Positions 51,911-62,178 are shown, counted from the whole stretch's first letter. The stretch is DNA of 62,261 bases, filler included, from 3 parts of 3 records of this genome joined end to end with filler, not necessarily neighbours in it; one strand, 5' to 3'. The notes: generated by a model not told the origin, from the sequence alone. Numbers and translations are program-made.

Positions 51911-52867
51911 ATGACAAAAATTGATCGGGAACGATTTCAAGCCTTAATGGACAAGTATTTGAACGCTTCCATAAGTATCCAAGAGGAAATGGAACTTGAC
52001 AGGTACTATAAGTGCTATGAAAAGGAAATATTGCCTTTTGAAAAGGCATACTATATAGAAAAACAACTGTCTAAGAATATAGCCCTTCGTGCCTTTGAAA
52101 GACAAAAGTCAAAAGCTAAGAAAGATGTGCGAAGAAAACCGCTTCTTACCGCTGTGGCTGCCATTTCCGTGTTAATGGTACTTGGCATATCCTCATTGGT
52201 TTGGTATTCTTCAGATCAAGTTGATTTAATTACGGAAACCACTGTGTATGGGGAAAGAAAACAAGTGTTGTTGCCCGATAGTTCTTTGGTCACCCTAAAT
52301 GCAGGAAGCAGTATTACCTACCCTAGCGTTTTTGGGGCAGATGTCAGGGAGATTAAACTTTTGGGAGAAGCATTTTTTGAGGTAACCGATGATGCCCAGA
52401 AACCATTTTTAGTCTCCAGTTCAGGCCTGAAAACCCAGGTTTTGGGAACCTCTTTCAACATAAAGGCCTATAAGGATGCCCCAAGCATAAAGATAAGTCT
52501 GTCAACTGGGGCAATTCGAATCTATAGACAAAATGAAATTTTGGCCAGATTGAAACCTGACGAGCAAATATTATATGATAAAAATTCGGGTCAATACGCT
52601 ATCTCAGGTCATGAAACCGATAAGGATATTTCATGGTTGCAAAACACAATTGAATTGGATGATCACTCCCTCGAGGAAACCCGACGCATTTTAGAACGTT
52701 GGTTTAATGTTGAGATAAGCATTTCAAAAGGGCCTGATAAAAAACAAACCATTACGGGTAAGTTCATTGATCCCTCGTTGGAAGAGACTATAAAAAGCTT
52801 GGAACTTCTCACCAATTCCAAAATTAATTACACCAAACGCGTAGAACCTATAAAAGACAGCCAATGA
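51911..52867 (+). CDS. FecR family anti-sigma factor no. 2
   Basis: TM AVAAISVLMVLG, LPDSSLVTLNAGS, GEAFFEV, VLGTSFNI, LERWFNV. Confidence 0.92.
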   Translation: MTKIDRERFQALMDKYLNASISIQEEMELDRYYKCYEKEILPFEKAYYIEKQLSKNIALRAFERQKSKAKKDVRRKPLLTAVAAISVLMVLGISSLVWYSSDQVDLITETTVYGERKQVLLPDSSLVTLNAGSSITYPSVFGADVREIKLLGEAFFEVTDDAQKPFLVSSSGLKTQVLGTSFNIKAYKDAPSIKISLSTGAIRIYRQNEILARLKPDEQILYDKNSGQYAISGHETDKDISWLQNTIELDDHSLEETRRILERWFNVEISISKGPDKKQTITGKFIDPSLEETIKSLELLTNSKINYTKRVEPIKDSQ

Positions 52868-52883
52868 ATTGAACAGACAACAA

Positions 52884-52958
52884 ATGAAGAAGCCTCTTCT
52901 GCGCCAACAGAAAAGGCTCGTAAGAAACTACATATTTACAAAATACATAGCATATTAA
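52884..52958 (+). other. Candidate 24-aa leader ORF overlapping a hairpin (52891-52918, loop CGCCAA) before susC2
   Basis: MKKPLLRQQKRLVRNYIFTKYIAY* ends 1 nt before the susC2 ATG; hairpin has 10 of 11 pairs. Confidence 0.4.
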
Positions 52959-52959
52959 A

Positions 52960-55900
52960 ATGAAATCAAAAATACTATTTTTTTTCTACGGAAAAGTAAT
53001 GAAAACGGTTATGATGTTGTGGGCGTTCAACTTTTTTGCCTTGCCCGCACAAGCGAACCCAGATAATTCAACAAACATCGATCTAAAGCGAGATCAAATC
53101 GATCTTGTCACGATTTTTGAGCAAATTGAGATACAGGCCGGTGTAAGCTTTGTTTACAATACGGAAGTAAAAGATCTCAAGCGTAAAATCAACGTAGACT
53201 ATGAAAACAAGTCTCTGGTGGATGTTATGGAGCATTTGGCCAAGATTTTTGGTCTGGGCTACAAAATACAGAAAAGCAATATAACTGTATATGTCATCCA
53301 CAAGGTTGAAAGACCAGTACAACGAGTCCTTAAAGGGACCGTTAGTGACGATACGGGCCAACCCTTAATGGGAGCAAATGTCAGGGTTTTGGGGACCAAT
53401 AAGGGTGTTATCACAGATTTTGATGGAAATTTCCAAATTGAGGTCTCCCCTGGAGATGTCTTGGAATTTTCTTACATCGGCATGGAAAACCAAAACTACA
53501 CGGTGGAAAGTCGGATGGATGACATCTTCATTACACTTAAATCCAATAATGAGGCGCTTGACGAAGTCGTTGTTATAGGTTATGGGGAGAAAACCCTTGA
53601 ATCGTTAAGTGCGGCGGTAAGTAAAGTGGATGTGACCGCATTGGAGGAACGTCCTTTGAGCAATGCGGCAGTGGCACTGCAAGGTTTGACCCCAGGCTTG
53701 ACAATTACCCGTTCCAATGGGCGTGCCACCGACACACCCAATATCAATATCCGTGGTTTCACCTCTATTAACGGTGGTGAGCCCCTGATCATTATTGATG
53801 GTGTTGAGGGTGATATCAATGACATCAATCCTAATGATATAGACAACATCAGTGTTTTGAAGGACGCGGGTGCCGCTGCAATTTATGGTGCCCGCGCTTC
53901 TTTTGGTGTTGTTTTGATAACGACAAAGCAAGCGAAAAAGGGAGACTTAACAATTAACTTGGAGGCGACAACCGCCGTGAGCCAAGTAACGACCAATACG
54001 GACTTTGTAACCGACCCTTTTGAGGCCATCAAGATTGCTGACGACTTCTTCCAAGCTAGCAACGGCGCTTCCTATTCAGGCTACACTGAAGCAGATTATG
54101 CGGCTTTGCAAGAAGTCTCGGCCAACCCTTCCTTGGCCCGTGTGATAACCGACACTAGAAACGGAAGGGAACAGTACATCCATTATGCCAAGACCGATTG
54201 GTGGAATACGTTTTTCAGGAAAAGTCGCCCTTCGCAAATTTACAATGCTTCTATAAGTGGAGGCAGTGAAAAAATAAAGGGTTATTTCTCCTACCGTAAC
54301 TACCGTGAAGTGGGTATTCTTCAGGTTCAAGAAGACTTATATCAAAAAGAGAATTACCGTGCCAAGGTCGATTTTCAGCTGAATGATTGGATGAACATTA
54401 CCAACAATATGCAGTTCAATAAATTCGATGACTTGCAACATGGCGGGTTTAGGGGTGGATGGCATGGAAACTATTGGAACTACTTGGTGTACAACCATGC
54501 AATGCCTTGGTATGCTCCAATGAATCCGGATGGGACTTATTTCTATCGAAGTGAATTGAACAACTATGCAGCAGGAGATGGACTTTATGCCTCTTTGTTG
54601 CATGGAAAATCCAAGCAAGAAACAGAAGATTCCGAATTTTCAAATATAATCACGGCGACCGTGTCACCTTTTGATGGGTTTACCTTGAAATCAAGCTATG
54701 CCTTTAGAAAAATGAACCAGAACATCTACCAAAGATCTACCATGGTACCCTGGAGCATTTATGTTGGAGATATTCAGACCATGGGCTCCGATCGTTTGAC
54801 AGAGCTAAACACTACAGGCGAATACGATGCCTTTAACCTTTATGCGGATTATAACAAAAGATTTGGCAAGCACCATATCGATGTACTGGTTGGTTTTGGG
54901 CAAGAATCCATGTTTAGCAAAACCATTGAGGCCAGTACGCAGGGTTTAATATCCGATGACCTCAATTCGTTGGGGTTGGGAACCACGGCGGACAATGCCA
55001 ATGGAAGTGCTTATGAATGGGCATTACAGGGCGTATACTCGCGTATTTCATACGACTATGATAGCAGATACTTTTTGGAGTTCAATGGCAGGTACGATGG
55101 GACCTCAAGATTTCCATCCGATTTTAGGTGGGGCTTCTTCCCATCGATTTCTGGTGCCTGGGCCCTACATAATGAATCTTTTTTCGTTGCGTTGAACCCT
55201 ACATTAAGTCAATTCAAATTAAGGGCCTCATACGGCACATTGGGCAACCAAGAGGTTTCTCCCTATGCCTACCAGCCTGTTTTGAACCGTTCGGTGAACG
55301 AATCATTTTCCTTGAACGGAAGACCATTGGAATCCATTTCCTCCCCTGCCCTGAATCCTGTTGAAATTACATGGGAAGAGGTACGCACCTTGGATTTTGG
55401 AGTTGACCTGGGGTTGTTCGCGAATCGATTTTCCGCCAATTTTGATTGGTTTAAAAGAGAAACCATAGGTATGCTGACCGCTGGCCAAGTGCTTCCTGCA
55501 ACACTTGGAGCAACAGCTCCAAAGCAAAATTCAGCTGATTTGGAAACCAAAGGTTTTGAATTATCCATGGGCTATTCCGACAGCTTTATGGTCGGTGGAT
55601 CCCCACTGCAATTCCAAGTAAGTGCTGGCTTATCCAATTCTGAGACCACCATAACCAGATTTGACAACCCTGAAAAACTGCTGAATTCCTTCTATGAAGG
55701 AATGGTGATTGGAGACCTATGGGGGTATGAAATCGATGGACTCTTCCAAACAGAGGAAGAAATTGCCTCACATGTCGACCAGTCTTATGTGAGTGCGGGA
55801 ATTTATGCTAGAGGTGGACTGCAGCCCGGTGACCTAAAGTATGTCGACATCAATGGCGACGGAGCGGTCAACGCAGGGACCAATACACTGGGTGATCCCG

Positions 55901-56478
55901 GTGATCAAAAAATTGTTGGTAACGTTGCACCAAAATACCTTTACAATTTTAGGGTATCCTCAAGCTGGAAAGGATTTGATATTTCTGCTTTTTTTCAAGG
56001 AGTTGGGAAACAGGACTGGTATCCAGGGTATAATTCACAGTTATTTTGGGGTCCTTATAGCCGTCCATACGCTTCCTATGTTCGAAAGGATTTGGCCAAT
56101 GACATTTGGTCCGTTGATAATCCAGACGGATTTTATCCTAGGGCTCTAGGTTATTTAGCACTGGGCGGTCGCTGGTCATTACGAAATACGAACGACCGAT
56201 ATCTTCAAGATATTTCGTACCTCCGTTTAAAGAATTTGACAATAGGATATAACCTGCCAAAGTCTGTGTTGGAAAGACTTCCCTTTGATAGATTTAGACT
56301 ATACTTAAGTGGGGAAAATATATTGACATTTAGTAAGTTGACTGATTATATCGATCCTGAAATCGCCAGCAATCAAGTCAACCTTAATGCTCCATCAGGT
56401 TCCTATACATATGATTCCAGAGGACAGGAAGCACCCATGTCCAAAACTTATTCCTTGGGTATCTCAATTCAATTTTAA
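52960..56478 (+). CDS. SusC/RagA TonB-dependent transducer no. 2
   Basis: STN-like domain, EVVVIGYG, VLKDAGAAAIYGARASFGVVLITTK, FKLRASYG, C-terminal Phe. Confidence 0.95.
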   Translation: MKSKILFFFYGKVMKTVMMLWAFNFFALPAQANPDNSTNIDLKRDQIDLVTIFEQIEIQAGVSFVYNTEVKDLKRKINVDYENKSLVDVMEHLAKIFGLGYKIQKSNITVYVIHKVERPVQRVLKGTVSDDTGQPLMGANVRVLGTNKGVITDFDGNFQIEVSPGDVLEFSYIGMENQNYTVESRMDDIFITLKSNNEALDEVVVIGYGEKTLESLSAAVSKVDVTALEERPLSNAAVALQGLTPGLTITRSNGRATDTPNINIRGFTSINGGEPLIIIDGVEGDINDINPNDIDNISVLKDAGAAAIYGARASFGVVLITTKQAKKGDLTINLEATTAVSQVTTNTDFVTDPFEAIKIADDFFQASNGASYSGYTEADYAALQEVSANPSLARVITDTRNGREQYIHYAKTDWWNTFFRKSRPSQIYNASISGGSEKIKGYFSYRNYREVGILQVQEDLYQKENYRAKVDFQLNDWMNITNNMQFNKFDDLQHGGFRGGWHGNYWNYLVYNHAMPWYAPMNPDGTYFYRSELNNYAAGDGLYASLLHGKSKQETEDSEFSNIITATVSPFDGFTLKSSYAFRKMNQNIYQRSTMVPWSIYVGDIQTMGSDRLTELNTTGEYDAFNLYADYNKRFGKHHIDVLVGFGQESMFSKTIEASTQGLISDDLNSLGLGTTADNANGSAYEWALQGVYSRISYDYDSRYFLEFNGRYDGTSRFPSDFRWGFFPSISGAWALHNESFFVALNPTLSQFKLRASYGTLGNQEVSPYAYQPVLNRSVNESFSLNGRPLESISSPALNPVEITWEEVRTLDFGVDLGLFANRFSANFDWFKRETIGMLTAGQVLPATLGATAPKQNSADLETKGFELSMGYSDSFMVGGSPLQFQVSAGLSNSETTITRFDNPEKLLNSFYEGMVIGDLWGYEIDGLFQTEEEIASHVDQSYVSAGIYARGGLQPGDLKYVDINGDGAVNAGTNTLGDPGDQKIVGNVAPKYLYNFRVSSSWKGFDISAFFQGVGKQDWYPGYNSQLFWGPYSRPYASYVRKDLANDIWSVDNPDGFYPRALGYLALGGRWSLRNTNDRYLQDISYLRLKNLTIGYNLPKSVLERLPFDRFRLYLSGENILTFSKLTDYIDPEIASNQVNLNAPSGSYTYDSRGQEAPMSKTYSLGISIQF

Positions 56479-56491
56479 ACTTATCTATACA

Positions 56492-58237
56492 ATGAAGCGA
56501 ATATATATTACTTTACTACTGTTGAGCAGTTTATTATTTATAAACTGTAGTGACGATTATTTGGACAAAAACCCTATCTCAGACGTTAGCGAGGAAAGTT
56601 TTTTCCTGACTGCCTCAGATTTGGAACTGTATACCAACGGATTTTACCTTATGTTACCGAACAGTGCGGCAAGAAACGAAATTTTCGCGACCGATGCCCA
56701 ATGTGGTGAGATTGTACAAAATACCCTTAGCGACCTCATGACAGGCTCTAGAATAGTCCCTGCTAGTGGAGGAGGATGGAATTGGAACGACTTACGTGAC
56801 ATCAACTATTTTCTGGAAAATTATGAGAAGTGCGAGGATGTTGCGGCAAAAAATCGATATGGTGGAGTGGCCCGCTTTTTCAGAGCATACTTTTATTTCG
56901 ATATGGTCGTTAGATTTGGTGATGTGCCTTGGTATGATAAGACCATGGAAGCGGATGATGAAGACCTTTACAAGGGCCGTGACGATAGACAGTATGTTAT
57001 GGATAAGGTTCTTGAGGATTTGGATTGGGCCATTGAACATATGAACAATGAACAATATGCCTATGAAATCAGTAAATTCACTGCACTGGCCCTAAAATCA
57101 AGAGTAGCACTATTTGAGGGAACTTTTGAAAAATACCATGGTATCTCCGGATATGAGAAGTACCTGGCGATTGCTGTTGAAGCCTCGGAGGAGTTGATGA
57201 ATACTGGTGTTTACTCACTGTACACAACAGGTAATCCAGATGCTGATTATGCACAATTGTTTCAATCGGAGACAGCGCAAACATCTGAAATCATATTGGC
57301 CAGAGAATATACTGAACCACTTACCAATGGACATCGTGCAAATTATTATTCGTTAACAGGGTCACAAGGAAGACCTGGAATGCCAAAAAGTGCGGTAAAT
57401 TCTTATTTGAACGCAGATGGCACCCGCTTTACCGATCAAGCCGATTTCAATACCATATCATTTGCCGATGAAACCGTAAACCGGGACCCAAGACTGGCCC
57501 AGACCATTCGTACCCCTGGATATACTCGATTGGGTGAAAGTACAGTTTTGCCCCCAGATCTTTCATTTACTATTACCGGGTATCATATTACGAAATTTGT
57601 AACGGCACCTAATTCCGATGGGATCAATCGGAATACCAACGACCTACCTGTATTTCGCTTTGCCGAGGTGCTTCTTAATTTTGTAGAAGCCAAAACGGAA
57701 CTGGGCACTGTTACGCAGGAGGATTTGGATATGTCAATCGGATTATTGAGAAACCGTATTGGTATGCCCAACCTTTCCATGGAAGAATCGAATGCCGATC
57801 CTGATGGTTACCAATCGATGTTTTATCCAAATGTAAGCGGTGCCAATCAAGGGTTGATTCTGGAAATTAGAAGGGAACGTCGCGTGGAACTTTATATGGA
57901 AGGGCATCGTTGGAACGACATTAGACGTTGGAAAGCTGGCCAATCGATAACATTGCCATTACGGGGCTTGTTCTTGCCCGGGGTAGGTGAGTACGATTTA
58001 GATGGCAATGGTTCCATTGATACGGTAATTTATGAAGGGGATACCCCAAGCGAAACGATTGCTGGCGCAAAATACTTCAAGTTGGGTACGGATATTCATT
58101 TAAGTACCGATAACCTTATCAATCCATTACCTGAATACGATAGTAGAACCTTCAATGAAGATAGAGATTATCTTTTGCCAATACCGATTCAGGAATTGCA
58201 ACTGAATCCGAATTTGCAACAAAACCCCAATTGGTAG
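56492..58237 (+). CDS. SusD/RagB surface lipoprotein no. 2
   Basis: Lipobox FINC, ARFFRAYFYF, FGDVPW, FRFAEVLLNFVEA, ERRVELYMEG, QNPNW; start trimmed to MKRIY. Confidence 0.95.
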   Translation: MKRIYITLLLLSSLLFINCSDDYLDKNPISDVSEESFFLTASDLELYTNGFYLMLPNSAARNEIFATDAQCGEIVQNTLSDLMTGSRIVPASGGGWNWNDLRDINYFLENYEKCEDVAAKNRYGGVARFFRAYFYFDMVVRFGDVPWYDKTMEADDEDLYKGRDDRQYVMDKVLEDLDWAIEHMNNEQYAYEISKFTALALKSRVALFEGTFEKYHGISGYEKYLAIAVEASEELMNTGVYSLYTTGNPDADYAQLFQSETAQTSEIILAREYTEPLTNGHRANYYSLTGSQGRPGMPKSAVNSYLNADGTRFTDQADFNTISFADETVNRDPRLAQTIRTPGYTRLGESTVLPPDLSFTITGYHITKFVTAPNSDGINRNTNDLPVFRFAEVLLNFVEAKTELGTVTQEDLDMSIGLLRNRIGMPNLSMEESNADPDGYQSMFYPNVSGANQGLILEIRRERRVELYMEGHRWNDIRRWKAGQSITLPLRGLFLPGVGEYDLDGNGSIDTVIYEGDTPSETIAGAKYFKLGTDIHLSTDNLINPLPEYDSRTFNEDRDYLLPIPIQELQLNPNLQQNPNW

Positions 58238-58252
58238 TCTAGTAGCATTGAA

Positions 58253-58291
58253 ACTCCAGGATAAGAGCGGCTTGTCCTGGAGTATTTTTTT
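58253..58291 (+). terminator. Rho-independent terminator after susD2
   Basis: ACTCCAGGATAAG/CTTGTCCTGGAGT stem followed by T7. Confidence 0.85.
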
Positions 58292-58386
58292 GGTAACAAT
58301 TCAATAATCTTCAACTCCAAATTTATTCACGATCAGGCAATAATTTTGATGTTGGACTCTAAACAAAAACCAAGCTGCCCCAGCTG

Positions 58387-58947
58387 ATGGAAAACCCAAA
58401 ACTCATTTTTAAAGCGCTGCAAAATCGACAAGAAAAAGCATTGGAAAAGATTTTCACGTTATATTGGAAACGGCTTTATATCTATGCCTACAGTTTGGTC
58501 GAAGACCATCAAGTGGCCCAGGATCTCGTCCAAGAAATGTTCATCAGTCTTTGGGAAAAATCCGCCTCTGTACAAATTGATCAAATAGAGGCTTATCTTT
58601 TTCGGGGGATAAAGTATCAGGCAATCAATTATCTCAAAGTGCAAAAACGCAAAGTATTTTGCGAGAACACCCTCAAAATAGCATATTGCTCCGAGGGGGT
58701 TAAGGAACATATGGATTATCTTGAATCTGAAGCTCTATTTATAAAAACCATGGACAAGCTTCCCAATAAGTGCCGAAGGGTTTTTTATTTGAGTCGCGTA
58801 CAAGGGTATAACAATAAAGAAATTGCCCAAGAAATGGATATTTCCATTCGTACAGTTGAGACCCATATTAGTAACGCTTTACGGCTTTTTAAACTCCATT
58901 TTAAAAATAGCCTATTAATAATTATTCTCCTGTTGGTCCAATACTGA
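58387..58947 (+). CDS. ECF sigma-70 factor (Bacteroidota type) no. 2
   Basis: AQDLVQEMFISLW, LPNKCRRVFYLSR, ISIRTVETHISNAL. Confidence 0.92.
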   Translation: MENPKLIFKALQNRQEKALEKIFTLYWKRLYIYAYSLVEDHQVAQDLVQEMFISLWEKSASVQIDQIEAYLFRGIKYQAINYLKVQKRKVFCENTLKIAYCSEGVKEHMDYLESEALFIKTMDKLPNKCRRVFYLSRVQGYNNKEIAQEMDISIRTVETHISNALRLFKLHFKNSLLIIILLLVQY

Positions 58948-59394
58948 GGGTTTTGTTGCTATTTGATTCTACTGGCAAATTTGTCATATTGGTTTATGGA
59001 TAGGTGGATGTGCGGTTGGGAAAAAGGTTGTATTTCATAAGCGATGTATTAATCATTAGGTCGATGACTCCTAATGACGACAACTAACCTTTTTACTGGC
59101 CTCCATGGTTACAAAAAGGACATATGACCAAAAGAATATATTTACGCCTCCCAAAGGAATTGGTGAAATCAGATGATTCAGGATTGACCGATCAAGCGTA
59201 GACAGCGTATAATTTGGTGTACAAAGCGTATGGTATACATATTGTCCCAAAACGATTTTTTCCGGTTTTTTTGGTTTGGCCAATTCATTGGGCAATTCGA
59301 TTACTGTGGTTTTTGAACAGTGCACAAGTACCATGTGGTAAGGACAGGTTTTAGCTTATTGAATCCAATACTTTTAGTACACTATCCAACTCCG

Positions 59395-60180
59395 TTATTC
59401 GTCTCCATGCCTTACTTCGTTAAACGGCAGGTCCTTGTTTTTTCTGAAATCAAAACTGCCATAAAAGAACAGACGGAACGTGTGGTTCAGATTGTAAACA
59501 TTGCCCGTCGCAAGTTGTTGATAGACCATCATGTATCCGAAATCGACTTTCCATTTACTGCTCAATTTATGCTTTAAACCTATGGTCAATCTATTCTGGT
59601 TAAATGTATTGAAGATGACATCTTTTCCGAAATTAAGGTGTGTTTCATTGGCCAGGATAAACTCCGTAGGCCCATCTTTTTTGAACGGGAATCCAGCACT
59701 GACAAGAAATCGAATACGGTTCACAAAAGAATCATCCTCCAAAGATCGACCATCTTGGACATTGTTGAAAAAGCGTTGCTCTAACCTTATCCTGAACAAA
59801 GCGTTCATTTTCTCATACCTCCTGGATAAGCTCAATTGCTGGTAAACTCTGTTCTCGTTCTGAAAACTATCCCAGTCACCTGTCGGAGTCAGCCAAAGGT
59901 GTGCGTATCCTGCAGCAAACCGAAGGTTAGAATTCAAATAGTACTGCCCGCCAACTCGAAGAAAGTAGAAATTGGGGTCGGCTACGAAGTTATTTCTACG
60001 AATGTGAATATCGTTCAATATGGCCCAACGATTGGCAACCCTGAACACGTTGTTGGTCGATATCCAAAATTGTGCATTTTCATTCACCACCTTTTGCGGT
60101 ATTTCTTGACCGTAAGATAGGGTGCCTATCAAAAGGAGAGCTACAGTTTTAAAGCAAACAAGGGATTTCAACTGAATCAA
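59395..60180 (-). CDS. DUF2490-like outer membrane beta-barrel protein
   Basis: Signal peptide, ENRVYQQ, RIRLEQRF, NRIRF, FNQNR, GYM motifs. Confidence 0.8.
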   Translation of the reverse strand: MIQLKSLVCFKTVALLLIGTLSYGQEIPQKVVNENAQFWISTNNVFRVANRWAILNDIHIRRNNFVADPNFYFLRVGGQYYLNSNLRFAAGYAHLWLTPTGDWDSFQNENRVYQQLSLSRRYEKMNALFRIRLEQRFFNNVQDGRSLEDDSFVNRIRFLVSAGFPFKKDGPTEFILANETHLNFGKDVIFNTFNQNRLTIGLKHKLSSKWKVDFGYMMVYQQLATGNVYNLNHTFRLFFYGSFDFRKNKDLPFNEVRHGDE

Positions 60181-60390
60181 TTTAACACATGGAATTTGTT
60201 AATATCAAGCAAGATAAGCTGAGGTCTAAAACACGCATCATGGATTCCACTTTCGATAATTATCCCTATCTCAAAATTTGAGGCTGTCTACCTTCAAACC
60301 ATATGTTCAAGTTACACATATTGACAAGAGATTTCCAAGTTTTTCTATTGGATTTATGTCGGAAGATCGCACATAAATTGCCCAGAAACA

Positions 60391-62055
60391 TTACTCAGCC
60401 TTATACAGCTTTTCATAATACTGAGTGGCCATACGATTGCTGCCGAATTTTGGCAAAATATCTTCCATGGCCTTAAATACCAACTTTTGCCATTTTTCTG
60501 GATGGTCATAATACATGGGCAGCACCTCATTTTCCAATTTATCATACAGGTTTTCGCTGTCAAACCTATCTTGTTTTTCAATCGGGTCATTGTGGTCTGC
60601 CTCCGGCAAGACAAAAGAGTTTGTTCCATCCTTTGCGAACTCAGGAATCCACCCATCATTGGTGCTCAGGTTTACCGAACCGTTCATGGCAGCGGTCATT
60701 CCACTTGTTCCAGAAGCTTCCCTAGTTATCCTAGGGGTATTTAGCCAAACATCAGAACCAAGCTTCAGTTTTTTTGAAAGCTCCAATTCATAGCCCGTTA
60801 AAACAGAAAGATTTGGATACTTGGCCGTAAAGTTAACCAACCGGTTGAAAATGCCGATTCCGTTGAAATCCATGGGATATGGCTTTCCAGCCCAGATGAT
60901 TTGGACGGGATATTTTGTATTGGTGATGATCTTTTCAAATCGTTCCAGATCATAAAGCAATAAGTCTGCCCGTTTGTAGCTTGCAAAACGTCTGGCCCAA
61001 ACCATGGTTAGTACATTTTCATCAAGTATTTCCCCAGTTTGCTTCAGTACTTCCTCAAAAAGAACCTTCTTTAGTTTGGTTTTGCGAAAGCTGTAACCTT
61101 TTACATCATTTTGCTCAAAGGCCTCCCTGAGTTGGTTGTCTTGCCAAAATTGTTGGTTTTGGGCATTTGTAATGGGAATTATCTCGCTGATACCTTCATA
61201 ATCCTTCCACATATTTTTGGCAACCTTGGTGTGTAACTTGGAAACGGCATTTGACTTTTTGGCGAAGCGTAGCGCTGCAATGGTATAATTGATGTTATCG
61301 CCGTTCACCATTTCCTTGGAGAGCGATACCTCATCCATGTACCTGCCGAAAAAGCCACATTGGTTCAAATGATGTGCATTGCGTTCTTCATTGCCGCCCT
61401 TTTCGGGGGTATGGGTAGTGAACACAAAATTTTCTTTTATCTGGCTTTTATGGCTCAAGTGATAAAAGGCCGGAAGGCCGTGGCCTTCATTTAAATGATA
61501 TACGTCGGCCCCACCCAAAGCCTCAACAATCTTGGCGCCTCCAACACCTAATACGATGCTCTGTGAGACCCTGGTCACTTCGTTGGCATCATAGAGATAA
61601 TTTGTTATGGTGCGTGATAGATAATCGTTATCCTCAAGGTCTGTGGACAACAAATAAATCGGTGCACAGCCAAAAGTTTCTGGTCGGAGCACATAGGCCT
61701 TTATTTTCACCTTTGGATTGTTATGTATTTGTACCGTTACCTCAATACCCGTATCTTCTAGAAAGTTATAGTTTTTGGGTATCGAGGTAGGCTCCATGGT
61801 GCGGTCTTCATTCCGGCTTTGGTGATAATAGCCAAATTTCCAAAGGATACCGATACCAATAATATTTTGTTTCAATTCATATCCTGAACGCATATGTGAC
61901 CCAGCCAAAAAACCCAAACCACCGGAATAGGTCTCCAACCCTTGGTGAATCGCAAACTCCATACTGAAATAGGCCACTCTTTTATTGAACTTTTTTTGGA
62001 TTTTATAGGGGTGGTACCAATGACCATAAGATGATTTGTTTTTTTGGGGTATCAT
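60391..62055 (-). CDS. glgP: Alpha-glucan phosphorylase
   Basis: AYFSMEF, YSGGLGFLAG, HLNEGH, FTTHTP, ARRFASYKR, EASGTSGM. Confidence 0.95.
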   Translation of the reverse strand: MIPQKNKSSYGHWYHPYKIQKKFNKRVAYFSMEFAIHQGLETYSGGLGFLAGSHMRSGYELKQNIIGIGILWKFGYYHQSRNEDRTMEPTSIPKNYNFLEDTGIEVTVQIHNNPKVKIKAYVLRPETFGCAPIYLLSTDLEDNDYLSRTITNYLYDANEVTRVSQSIVLGVGGAKIVEALGGADVYHLNEGHGLPAFYHLSHKSQIKENFVFTTHTPEKGGNEERNAHHLNQCGFFGRYMDEVSLSKEMVNGDNINYTIAALRFAKKSNAVSKLHTKVAKNMWKDYEGISEIIPITNAQNQQFWQDNQLREAFEQNDVKGYSFRKTKLKKVLFEEVLKQTGEILDENVLTMVWARRFASYKRADLLLYDLERFEKIITNTKYPVQIIWAGKPYPMDFNGIGIFNRLVNFTAKYPNLSVLTGYELELSKKLKLGSDVWLNTPRITREASGTSGMTAAMNGSVNLSTNDGWIPEFAKDGTNSFVLPEADHNDPIEKQDRFDSENLYDKLENEVLPMYYDHPEKWQKLVFKAMEDILPKFGSNRMATQYYEKLYKAE

Positions 62056-62178
62056 TTGTTCATCACGGTTTTATGGTTTATAAACCGTAAATTATAGCTT
62101 AAAACAGATTAACTGATTAGTCACAGTTTATAGTTGTGTTAAGAAATTAACAACCTTTTTTGATCCTTTTGGGAATAG

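Noticed and set aside
59071-59334. 87-aa minus-strand ORF next to a hairpin at 59053-59077
   Set aside because: No recognisable family or convincing start; may be a gene remnant but cannot be supported
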